NCBI GenBank assembly: GCA_001938485.1
Contig: MQRK01175485.1
Location: 1 to 64,000 of the forward strand
DNA from: Girardia tigrina
Lineage: Eukaryota
Reading direction: 5' to 3'
DNA: 64,000 nt
This document shows, piece after piece, positions 1-11,602 of the stretch (positions are counted from its first letter, which is position 1; the number at the start of each line of letters is the position of its first letter). A model generated the notes under the pieces. That model searched no databases and was not told the DNA's origin. It saw only the letters and a list, made by a program, of their open reading frames with translations. A program made the translations under genes and the position numbers.

Positions 1-495
1 GGAACCGTCGACCAATCATAAGTGTTTTTAGGTAATCGCGACCGTTGCTAGGGAACCAGGAACCAATCAGAAGCGTTTCTAAGGTGATCGCGACCGTTGC
101 TATGGCGATCGCGACCGTTGCTAGGGAACCGTCGACCAATCAGAAGCGTTGCTAAGGTGATCGCGACCGTTGCTATGGCGATCGCGACCGTTGCTAGGGA
201 ACNNNNNNNNNNNNNNNNNNNNNNNNNNNNNNNNNNNNNNNNNNNNNNNNNNATCGCGACCGTTGCTAGGGAACCAGGAACCAACCAGAAGCGTTTCTAA
301 GGTGATCGCGACCGTTGCTATGGCGATCGCGACCGTTGCTAGGGAACCGTCGACCAATCAGAAGCGTTGCTAAGGTGATCGCGACCGTTGCTAGGGAACC
401 GGGCGGCCAATCGGAAGCGTTGCCAAGATGATCGCGACCGTTGCCATGGTAACCGCGACCGTTGCTAAGGTGATCGCGACCGTTGCCATGGTAAC
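1..495. repeat. GC-rich satellite: 21-bp subunit (GATCGCGACCGTTGCTAWGGY) inside 73-bp units that alternate as two variants (146-bp higher-order repeat)
   Basis: GGAACC recurs at 52, 125, 198 and at 270, 343 (73-bp spacing). Variant B (AGGAACC...GTTTCTA) alternates with variant A (GTCGACC...GTTGCTA). The array runs off the window start and contains an N gap. Confidence 0.95.
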
Positions 496-519
496 CCGGG
501 GGGGGGGTCGGGGCAGAAC

Positions 520-960
520 ATACATTTTTCCCCTACTGGTTGTAATATGTCTTTGAAGCTTCACTTTCTCAATTCCCATCTTTTCTTCTTCTCTGCCAAT
601 GGAGATGTATCTGATGAGAATGGTGAGCGTTTTCATCAGACTATTTCTACAATGGAACGCAGATACAAAGGTAAGTAGAATCCTGCCATGCTTGCAGATT
701 TCTGCTGGAATTTGAAGCGCCATGAACCCGATGCAAAATTCAAACGCCAGGCTAAATATAATTAAATACAAATAAACAATTTGTGTTATAAGTGATTACA
801 AATATTCCAAACATGTTCATACACGTTCCATCATAAAATCGTTATTACAATAAAATGTGACGTGCTACAACCTAACTCATGTTAGAATCGCATCTGATTT
901 AATAAAGATAATCTTATTTCATTGTTGTTTTTTTCAAAAGCTAAAAATTGTTGTACAGTG
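520..960 (+). mobile_element. Chapaev3-like (CMC) DNA transposon, 3' fragment with pseudogenised transposase C-terminus and terminal repeat
   Basis: 538-765 translates as GCNMSLKLHFLNSHLFFF..VSDENGERFHQTISTMERRYKGK*NPAMLADFCWNLKR, a motif string I recognise from Chapaev3-type transposases. The element ends ...TTGTTGTACAGTG at 960 (reverse complement CACTGTACAAC). Confidence 0.75.
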
Positions 961-1153
961 TTATTAGAAATTATTATTTTTTCAATAGAAAGAACTCCTT
1001 TTATAAATTTTACAAAACACAAAAAACTTAAAAGAAATTATTGCGTTAGTTTGAAAGTTCCATATTTATTTGATACATCCCATTACAGTTAAAGTGCTCC
1101 TCTAAATGTGTGCTGAATGGAATCTAAAATCTTTCAGACCCACCTTTTACAAA

Positions 1154-1656
1154 TGTGAGGAATATTTTAAATTTTGTATGTTGAATTTTGTATGTTGAGT
1201 TTAGTATTTGAAATGTGTTTCTCCCACCCAGATGGAAATTTGGTATTTTGGATGTTCGTGATGAATAGTTATTCAAGCATAGTTTGTATTTTAAATTTCA
1301 ACATAAGGTATTAAAAAACTTTTAAAATATTAAATTTTAATTTCAAAAATTTAAATAAAGTAAATAACTTTTAACTTGTTTTTAATTTTAAGTAAATAAA
1401 TGTTTTTTAAATAAAATCATTTTTTAAATTAAATTAATTTTTAGATAAAATTATTACCGAAATTATAAAAGTAGAATTTTAAAAAATAAAATCTGAAATG
1501 ATTTAAAATGAAAATATGTTCGAATAATTGTTTATTAACAAAAATTTATCAATTTAGACAGATGTCAAATTCTGAAAGCTTGGCTGAGTTGTCAAAAAGA
1601 CAATTCTAATTGTATTGAAAATAAATATTCGAAAACCAATATTGGTGTTCTTAATA
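1154..1656 (+). mobile_element. Solo LTR (Gypsy-associated family A)
   Basis: TGTGAGGAAT...GTTCTTAATA with a 5-bp TSD ACAAA (1149-1153 and 1657-1661). Similar along its length to 9554-10066 and to the PPT-preceded LTR at 28266-28712. Confidence 0.85.
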
Positions 1657-1776
1657 ACAAAGAATCATCTTCTTCAAATTTAAAGAAGGTGCTATAGTCC
1701 ATTAATTTCTACTTTAGAATACAAAAGATATGATTTTGTATTTCTTATTTATTATATTGACCTTTATTTGTTTTAG

Positions 1777-4700
1777 TCTACAGATGATTTAGCAAATGCA
1801 TTTAAATTTGCCAGCAAAAACGCAAGGAATAAATTAGATGAAATGAAACGCCGAGAGATTGAGAGATTAAATATTTATGAATTGAAACTGAAACAAATAA
1901 TCAAGAGAAACTTAAGATTACCGAAACATGAAAGGGATAATTTGGCCAGAAATGTTTTGACAGATGATAAATCTCATCTTCATCTGGAAGATGGTTCTGA
2001 TTTTACAGAAAATGATCTACGGAAATTAATATCCAAAGTTTATTATCAAAATTATTATCAATATAAATATTAAACTCAGGTTAAACATGATTTACAAATG
2101 ACTGATGCAGCTAAAGAACGTCAATATCGTCGAAGTAAATGGAGAAAGAATTGGAAACGTGCAAGAGATTTAGAAAGGATTAAAGATGAAGAAAAAAGAA
2201 AAGCAAAAATAAAAGAATGGAGCAATTATAAAAATAGATTTGGTAATCGTGCAGAAGTTAATGAACCAGTTGAGTTGATTGAGACCTTAAAAATATTATT
2301 TAAATATTTCTTTTTTTCTAAGGGAAGTGAAGACCAAATAAAGGACGTTTGGAAATCAGTCGATCATTTAGATGCGGAATATTTCAACATAAAAACATTT
2401 TTCAATATACATGGTAAGTTTTTGAGTATGGATTTTTAAATGAAAGAAAAACATCAAATACTTAATTCCTCGTTGATATTTATTTTAAAATTTAAAATAG
2501 AATTTTCAACATGGCAATTACATATTGATTGAAGAGAGGAAAACAAGTTATCTTTTTTCATATCAACTAGAAACTCATTAAAAATGACAAAATTCACTAA
2601 TATTATACGTGTTAATTTTTAAAATTTGCAATTTTGTTCTTCACTTTTTGCTCAATTTAAAATAAAAGTTAGTATTGGGTTCTTGATCAAAAGAAGTTGT
2701 CATTAACGCAAAACTTTTTTCTACAACAATTTAAGTTTTTTAAACAAATATTTTCGAGGAACTTTTGCACTTTCTTTTTACACAAACCATTATAAATAAG
2801 AATTGATATAAATATAATTATGGTTGTTGTATTTATTACGAATTAAAATTCTATACTTTTTTTAATAAAAAATTATAAAGTGTATTTATTAAAATTTTGT
2901 CACAAAAATTTTGTTGCATCTTTTATTAAATTTTAATTTTATTGTACCTTTAAATTTACCTGTTTCTAAGTTAAATTTCCCAATTCTAGACAATAGCATT
3001 TTTCATTTCGTTTTCATAATAGTTTTAAAAATTACTTTTCGATTTAATAAAAATAATGTTTAGAAAATAGAATTTAAAATCGCAATTTCGATTAATTTAA
3101 CAACTTTTAAATTATCTCTTTTTTACATAAAAATAAAATTATATTTCCATTAATAATTACGTTTTCCAAAATAAAATTAAAATCGCATTTTCATTTAAGT
3201 CGATTTAATTGTTTTACATGTATATTTTGATTCCAATTACAATTTCCAAAAAAAAATTATAATTACATTTTTAATTTACTTCGATTTAATCGTGTAAAAT
3301 AAAGTTACAAAAAATAGTTTAGTTTATTTTCATTTCGCAAATAAAATATTAAACTTTATATTACTTTTGATTTTATTTCAATTAAATATTTTTATCAAAA
3401 TTGAAATTAACTTTTTTTACTTTATAGTAAATCTTCGCATAAATCTTTTAATAAACCTACCGTAAAATTTATTTTATTGCTTACATAAATTAATTTTACA
3501 TTAAATTTCTGAAAATCTTATTTTAACATATTTATAACAATATTTTACGGAATGTAATTGTTTAATTATTAATTTGATAAGATTGTAAATTCAAAAATTT
3601 TATGAACTCAACAACGCTCCCAACAATTAGTTTTGAGCATTTTTTAGATTTACAAATTTAGATTTACAAATTATCTAATTTTGCAGGTCGAAAAAAACAA
3701 ACTTTTAATACATAATATAAAATACTATATGTATATATGTGAGGAATATTGATATGTTTGATGTGTTTGAATGTTTTGTGTTCATTTCGAATTGTCTCTC
3801 TTACTCAGATTGCTGATTAATTGTTATTATCCGAAACTAATTTGATTTAAATTAAGACTTAATGTTTAAATGTATTTTTAATTTAAAATCATTGAAAAAT
3901 ATTAAATGATGTGATTAATTTGTGATTGTGTAATCAATTTATGTAGTGGCTTTTTAATTAAATAATTTTACTAAATTGGTTGAGATTGTCGCTTGAACAT
4001 TTATTTTAGGATGTTGAGTCCTAATTAATAAAGCTTCACACGCAACTCTCTCCCAATGATTCGCAAAATTTGAACACAGAACTTTAAAATTATTTATCTC
4101 AAAACTACCTTTACATTTCTTTTTTTACTACTCCGTTTGACCTATGTTCAGATTTAGTTTATCAATATTCTTGTAATGTGTGTTATGCCACATACACTGG
4201 AGAGACGTCTTCTCATCTCTGCAAACGAATCCAAGAACACGGTCAAACTTATGGTAATAGTAATATTGCTGAACATAGAAAGAAATGTAAAGGTAGTTTT
4301 GAGATAAAGAATTTTAAAGTTCTATGTTCAAATTTTGCAAATTATTGGGAGAGAGTTGCGTGTGAAGCTTTATTAATCAGGACTCACAACCCTAAAATAA
4401 ATGACTAATTTTATTATAAATTTTTTAACAAATTAATATTTTTAAAAATTAATATTTGTTTGAATTTTAATCAATGAAATTCATGTTAAATATTTTAAAA
4501 GGCTTTTCGTATATAAAATTGGTTTAGAAAATTGAATAAAAATTAATAATCAATTCTTTTTTATGTCAACGACTGAAGGCTCAACTATGAAAATTGTCTT
4601 AAGGATGATGTGTGTATAATAAAATTATAATCAAAGTGTGAGTATTGAGAGAGTTACACAAAACGTAAATATCATATAAAAAGTAGAAAATTAAAATCAA

Positions 4701-7700
4701 TAGCAATTTACACCAACATTCATTGTTTTGCAATTCATCCTTACAAATCACTTCTCTATTCTCTGCTTTATAATTAGATAATTTACACTACACTGTGTCC
4801 AGAAAGTCCGGTGCAATTCTCACAACATGTAAAGAACAAGTTTATTTATCAAACACAAAAAGTACATTTTTGAGGATGTGAATGGCATATTAAAACTCTG
4901 TAGGATGATTTTTTATTTTAAATAATTTCAAAATCTATATCTTATCTTTTTTACTATCATAACGTTTAGGTTTGGTACGGACGTTATTTATGTTTGATAT
5001 GTTATTTTTGATACTTCAAATTAACATGGGTAATTTTCAAATAATATTTACATGAATATGAACACTTGTTTTAGAAAAAAACAGAATAAAATTTAAAAAT
5101 AACCTTTAACAAAACTCAAACATGTAACCACACATATTTTGTAATCTCTGAATAATAGTTAGTTAATAATTATAATGATCTAAGTATTTGTCATTTCAAT
5201 ATAGCAAACCATGAACAGTTACATAGATATTTTATTTTTATTAAATTATATATTACTAGCTGAGCTATCCGACTCTGCTGGAGAAAATACTTATACCATC
5301 CGAGAGAGGACAAGAGGCTTGAATTTTACAAAAGCTTCCCATTTAAACTGATATGCAACATCATGAGTCGCTAATTTATATAATTTATCCCAGTGCTTTC
5401 TAATTCATATTTCTGTGTTTCATATTTTATATTTCCTGTCCAATCTTGAATCTGAAAATAAAATAAGTAATTTTCGTTTTCCAGATACTCTCAAACTATT
5501 TTTCTTCGAAAGATTTTCAATAGTATTGTTTATTTTTGTTTTCAGTTTTTGGATCAACCTATCAGATTGTCAAAAGGATAAATGACCTTTAAAGTTAATG
5601 AAAAAAGTTCAATTTACATTAGCATCTTAAAAAAACTCCGTTTATTGTTCTATTATGTTGTTTCAATAATTATAAAATCATTTTTTCAACAGTTTGAAAA
5701 TACTACAATCTGATTGATCGACTTGAAAACTTGGAGATTTATCCGACGGTACATTATATTTTTGAAAAGAAGTAGCTCTGGACTTTTCTTTCGATAAAGA
5801 GACTATTTCTGAAAAATGTAGTTACATTTGAATGCAAGGTATAAAAACCCATATTAAAAAGACAGACAACCTTTCTACTTTAATTACATAGAAGAAAATT
5901 ACAAGTATCTTTTAAAAGTAACACTGATCGTAGAAGCAGCACGGAAGCGCGGTTACTACGCTCTGGCCCTAGTGTCGAGTCCCGAGGTTGTGTCGATAAC
6001 ATGGCAAGGAAAGTCTCATCCATATTCGGCAGATCCAACCCGTCATCCACACTACTGGTCATGACTATCATCAATGCCTCATTAGACTTCTTTTGAGCTT
6101 TCGAACTTGGTATATGATAGTGGTCAATTTTATGGGGAACTTTTGTCATTCGATCAAAGATTTAGTGAAATTCGACTCTAACACGACCCGATCTACATGA
6201 TGATCTCCTTTTATCATTAAAATATATTTTTGACTGTTATTTCCCACAATCTTTTTAATAAAAAATCAGATTCCAAAAATTTTATATATACAACAAAGCA
6301 TCCAAGTTTTATCTTCTCGTCATCCAAAACTCTTTACACCAAATGCTCACAAATATTAGAACCTTTTTTCGAAATTTCAAAATTCATCATCCAACAAACG
6401 TTTAAACAAACGTTTTTTAAAACATTTTCGAAAACTCTGCAAAAACATTGAAATTTTGTTAAAACCAACAAGCCTTCGAGGCCATCCTATTTGATTCTCT
6501 GCGAATTTTGAAAGAATTTGTACTAAAACCTTTCAGTTTGCTACTTCGATATATTTTTCAACAATGTTGACAAAGATTATCACTAACAATGTTAACAGTT
6601 TTATTGATGGAAACAAACTAAATAAAACATTATAATTCTTACCTATCCTAAATCGTTTTCCGAAAATTTTGAGCTTTTTACTTATTTTTTTAGTAAAAAA
6701 GAAAGCATGTTTTTCACTATTTTAAATAAGGTGTCTATAGACAATAAATATCACTGAAATAAATTGAAAAACTGCAAAAATATTTTAAAAAGTATTATAT
6801 TTTACAGTGCGTTCCAAAAGTCTTTTCGCACCCATAAAAATCATCACTTATACAAATTTCCTAAGTAAAAAGACGATGAAGTGGAAGTAAATATTATATT
6901 TACAAATAAAAATGTTATTTTTAATATTTTGTGNNNNNNNNNNNNNNNNNNNNNNNNNNNNNNNNNNNNNNNNNNNNNNNNNNNNNNNNNNNNNNNNNNN
7001 NNNNNNNNNNNNNNNNNNNNNNNNNNNNNNNNNNNNNNNNNNNNNNNNNNNNNNNNNNNNNNNNNNNNNNNNNNNNNNNNNNNNNNNNNNNNNNNNNNNN
7101 NNNNNNNNNNNNNNNNNNNNNNNNNNNNNNNNNNNNNNNNNNNNNNNNNNNNNNNNNNNNNNNNNNNNNNNNNNNNNNNNNNNNNNNNNNNNNNNNNNNN
7201 NNNNNNNNNNNNNNNNNNNNNNNNNNNNNNNNNNNNNNNNNNNNNNNNNNNNNNCTGAAATATAAAATTTGGAAGAGGGAATACCAAGCATTGCCCTGTA
7301 ATGTCTATGTTATTGACAATTAGGTCTTGATAGTTCTTCGAATTTAAATTTCTGTTTATCCGTTTTAAGATACGAATACAAAATCTGGAGAAAGATCCCG
7401 ATACATGAACTTGGGCACCGTGTTGGAGGACCTTCTTAGTACAAATGTGACTAAGCCTTTCATTGTCAAACCTCCTAACGATTTCGCTACGAGTGTGGCT
7501 ATATGTGCGAAACATAGATTCATCGCTAAAAACTACATTCGACCACTTATCGATGTCCCAATTTTGTTTATCCTGAGCCCATTCAACTCTTCTTTTTCGT
7601 TGCTTTCCATTCAATAAAGGCTTGCAAACAGCATAATGACTTTTTAAGCCGTACTTTATCAAAATTCTATTCACTGTACTTCGTGATGTATGTATCATTC

Positions 7701-8808
7701 CAGTTGCATTGAAAGCTCCTGTTATTTTACTTATCGACATGCGCCTATTTTTCAAGCATATACGGTGAATAATTCTTTCAGAACGTTTTACTAATTTCGA
7801 AAATCGTCCACTACGTTTTTTATCTTCATATGTACCTAATGGCTTGAACTTATGTACATTTTTTTTTGAATGCCCCGCTTTGAAACAATAATACCATGTC
7901 TAACCTTCATAATTTCTTGTATCCGACCCGTTGAATGACCCTCTTTCATTAATTCTACAATAATAATCCTAAACCTTATATCTATAATTCGAGTTGTCAT
8001 CAAATCTAAAAGATAGATATTTAATTAATTCATCTTAAAAAAAGATGGTCTTGATATTTCAATTTTAAATTTACTAAAATTATTTAAATTAAAGCATTTA
8101 AACAAATTAAAAAATTTAATAAATAGCATAAATCAAAATTTCAATGGGTGCGAACAGACTTTTGGAACGCACTGTATATTTTTAAGTCTATTTATCTATT
8201 TCGATAATCAAATAACATCCTAAGAGATCTTTAACGTACAGAAAATGCGTTGTCTTCTTAAATAGGAACAACATGATTTATAAGAAAACAATTTTTACAC
8301 CCTATGCGGCTAATGGTTTGAAAAAGTTCCGTTGAAAATGATTCAATTATTTTTCTTTTTAGATTTAAATCAAGATGGCCAGTGGGATATTGAAGAAATT
8401 GAAGCCTTAGTTTTGCCAAATGTAAAAATTAATAAGTCCATTATATGAAACCTAATCTTGTCATTCATAAAGATTCAGAAAAATTACGAAGCAGACGGTA
8501 AAGAATTAGATTCTGAAGAAAAATATCACGAAATAATGAAAATGAGGCAACATTTTATGGAGAAAATGGATAAAAACAATGACAAGATCGTGTCTTATGA
8601 AGAATTTGAAAATTATTCTAAAGCAAATGAATTTAAACACAATTCAAAATGGAAAGTAAATAAAATAAAAGTTTCCAATCGTTTTTAATTAATTTTCAAT
8701 TAGCTTTTTGAAACGAGTGATGAGATGAAGTTTTCCGAGGAAGAGACAAAACTTTTTGAAAAAGAAGTATTGGAAATTCAAAATTTATTCCCTGTAAGTT
8801 TTTTTTAA
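1777..8808 (+). CDS. NUCB: Nucleobindin (NUCB1/NUCB2-like EF-hand Ca-binding protein), multi-exon; 5' end unresolved
   Basis: GT-AG exons at 1777-2037, 2080-2268, 2323-2413, 8363-8421, 8473-8655 and 8704-(8793 or stop 8808) join in frame. Motifs: RNKLDEMKRREIERL, VNEP|GSEDQIKDVWKSVDHLD..FNIKTFFNIH|D, EF1 DLNQDGQWDIEE, MKMRQHFMEKM, EF2 DKNNDKIVSYEEF, FSEEETKLFE. All align with the nucleobindin family. Confidence 0.88.
3738..4010 (+). mobile_element. LTR family A fragment in the large NUCB intron
   Basis: Begins TGTGAGGAATATT...CTCTCTTACTCAGAT like the other family A copies. The 3' end is not resolved and may resume after the Penelope fragment. Confidence 0.6.
4142..4408 (+). mobile_element. 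Penelope-like retroelement GIY-YIG endonuclease fragment
   Basis: LVYQYSCNVCYATYTGETSSHLCKRIQEH...IAEH...EALLIRTHNPKIN matches the PLE GIY-YIG pattern VY-C-C-YxGET-R-EH-E-I-P-N. Confidence 0.85.
6805..8174 (-). mobile_element. Tc1-family transposon, full length, decayed transposase
   Basis: About 29-bp TIRs (CAGTGCGTTCCAAAAGTCTTTTCGCACCC and its inverse) with TA on both sides. Minus-strand ORF has KPLL..QRKRRVEWA..WSNVVFSDES. Internal N gap. Confidence 0.93.
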
Positions 8809-9553
8809 ATATATGATTTTATTACGTAAGTTTATTTTGGGAATTGATTATAATACAAAAAATAATAAGTGATCGCAGAGTGATCATTGAGCACGACCGC
8901 TGCACTTCAGCGTTGGTGGTGTTTATCCTTTTCTCCGTGGAATTTTATCAATTCCCACCTCTGGGATATGGAGCTCACACTGCCATCTCCTCTGTCTGAC
9001 AACAATTTTGCAATCAACGTATCTGGTCCAAATGAGGACCGATTCTCATTCTATTATTGATTTCTGTTTTCCGTCTAAGCTTGATTAACAATCAACCATA
9101 ACAGAAATCTCGTCATAAATCTCACAATATACCCTCTGAACTTGCAGTAAATATTAAATAATTTCTTCACAATTAACTTGCCTTGCGCTCTTGTAAACTG
9201 CAGTCATATCGACATTTACATTCTCAACCCCCGAAATTCTTTCTAGACAAGCTGCTTCTCATTCTAATTTGTTGCATTAAAAAATTTCTAATCCATTTAA
9301 ATTTTATTTAACTCGCAAAAGTTACCAATTATTTTAAAATTCTTTATTAGATTCAAATTATTTTTAATAATTGTGTTACCGCAATCTACATGTATTTTTG
9401 AAATAATAACAATATACATAAATCCGTTTTATATCTATTTTTTATTACTTAAGAATTTTATTCTTAAATAATTATATATCAAACCTACAATTTTTAATAT
9501 GAATAAAAAAATTTTCAACACTAAATTTTTTACAAATTTAGAGCAAACATCTA

Positions 9554-10066
9554 TGTGAGGAATATTTTAAATTTGGTATGTTGAAATTGGTTTGTTGAAT
9601 TTTGTGTGTTCAGTTTAGTATTTGGAAATGTGTTTCTCCCACCCAGATGGAAAATTGATATTTTGGATGTTCACGATAAATAATTATTCGAATATAATTT
9701 TCATTTTAAAGTACAGCATAAGATATTTAAAAACATTAAAAATATTAAATCGTTTCAAAATTTCATATCAAAATTTAAATAAAATAAATAGTTTTAACTA
9801 AGTTTTGAATTAAATAAATGTTCTTTCTTTCCATAAAATAATTTTTAAATAAAATTATTACTAAAATTACAAAATTTTAACTTTAAAAATAAAATCTGAA
9901 AATAATGAAAAATTTGTTCGAATAATTGTTTATTAATAAACATTAACTAAAAATTATCAATTTACAACGATGTCGAATTATGAAAACTTTGCTGAGAGTT
10001 GTCCAAAAGACAATTCTGATTGTATTGAAAATAAAAGTTCGAAAACCCATGTTGGTGTTCTTAATA
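9554..10066 (+). mobile_element. Solo LTR (family A)
   Basis: TGTGAGGAAT...GTTCTTAATA with a 5-bp TSD ATCTA (9549-9553 and 10067-10071). Confidence 0.88.
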
Positions 10067-11299
10067 ATCTATTTAAACATGATAATTTCACAAAAAATAC
10101 ATTATTTAATTCAGTTTATGCGGAGCAGTTCAGATTGCAGCGCAGTTCCCTGCCGACAGAAATAGAATTAAACAAAAAATCAGTTTGATTTTCGAACAAT
10201 ACGTGATACATAATAAATAATTATAAGTTAGTTAAAATTTCAACTTGCCAAATAATTTATTAAAAAAAAATCAAATTTAATATTATTTAATTTTAATTAA
10301 ATCCAATATTAAAAAAACGTGAATCACTTTGTTTAAAGCAGTCGAAACATGTTTTAATGAATGATTGTTAAACTGAAATCTCATTTGTGTCCTTTGAGCC
10401 GTGAAGTCTAATCTTGTTTATCTTCAGCCTTCTAATTCAAGCAGCGCAGCAGAAAATATTAAAGCAGCAGAAAATCCGAAAACAGCAGAAAATATTATTC
10501 AATGACATTTTCGTAAACCAAATATATTTGTAGTTAGTAAAATAAGCTTGTTGTGTTTAATTTATGATTGTCAAATAATAATTAAATTTTGGTTTTAATG
10601 GTTTTTAAAAAATCATGTATCAAAAAAATATATTTAACAATAATTATAAATTTATTTATTTTTGATGAAAAATTTTCGTTTTCTTTATTCATTCAAATGA
10701 CAAAGAAAGGTTTTTAGCATTCATTTCTTGGATAATATTTTGGAATTTGTAAATACGTCACGATGTTTATTAATTTTATTTTATTTGAAAATATCATAAT
10801 AATAATTGGAAAAAAATGGAAAAAAAACCAAGTCAAACAAATCTCATACAGATAGTCAATAATTATGAAATAACTCACAATAATTAAAGACTAAATTGAA
10901 TGATGTGAAGGTAAAAAATATTCAAGGTATTTATAAAATTAGAAATTTGGTGAAGAAATTAGTTGAAAAAAATAACCAGAAAAAACATTCGTGTATGTTT
11001 GGATTATTATTACAGATAAAAATGCGTCAAACAATCCGATTTAGTTTAATCACAAAAAGAATAATTGATTGAATAGAATCGGATAACTTGATTTAATTTA
11101 ATTACAATAAAAATTATTTAAAATCAATATTTATAAATATTCAAATATATTAAAAATTACATATATTTATGTAAAACTAATATAAATTTTGTTTAAAAAC
11201 ACTTTTTTAAGATTATGATATTTTGTTTTAAAATATAAAAATACCTATGCTTAATGGATATTCGTCTTATTCTTATTAAAAAAAATCAACTAGTTTTCC

Positions 11300-11493
11300 A
11301 AATCGACAAACTATTGGTAATGTCCATTATCAACAGTGGAGATTTAAATTGTCCCAAAGACGATTCTTTGAACTGTTTGTCCACGAAAATGGATGGAAAA
11401 AGAGGTATGTTGAAGAGAAAAAAATGCGATTGAATCGGACATTATATACTACCATTTACTAATGTCTCCGATGGACTTTCGGGGCAACCCTAT
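11300..11493 (+). mobile_element. Mariner 3'-end remnant
   Basis: Ends in a mariner-like TIR (GGACTTTCGGGGCAACCCTA), preceded by sequence that resembles a decayed transposase C-terminus. Confidence 0.4.
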
Positions 11494-11602
11494 GAACTCT
11501 CCCTACATCGAGCACGTCCGCACATCCAACAAAAAACTAAGATCTATGTGGTTTGCTGGATACAAGACGAAAATTTAATTTACGAAAACCGAACATTAAA
11601 TA

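Noticed and set aside
48-771. Hydrophobic ATVAIA-repeat ORFs and a CRISPR-like look of the terminal repeats
   Set aside because: They are translations of a tandem satellite. There are no unique spacers and no cas genes, and the context is eukaryotic.
5880-6149. 89-aa minus-strand ORF in a GC-richer patch
   Set aside because: No recognisable motif or splice context; probably a TE fragment, and I cannot support a call.
6848-7323. Long ORFs made mostly of X (also 33483-33915 and 46222-46626) and IYIY ORFs (21437-21693, 58639-58833)
   Set aside because: Artefacts of N gaps and (TA)n microsatellites.
9970-10188. ORF MSNYENFAES.. as a duplicated 5' exon of the NUCB gene (segmental duplication 1154/9554)
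   Set aside because: It lies across the 3' end of a solo LTR. The two copies have different TSDs, so they are independent insertions and not a gene duplication or the two LTRs of one element.
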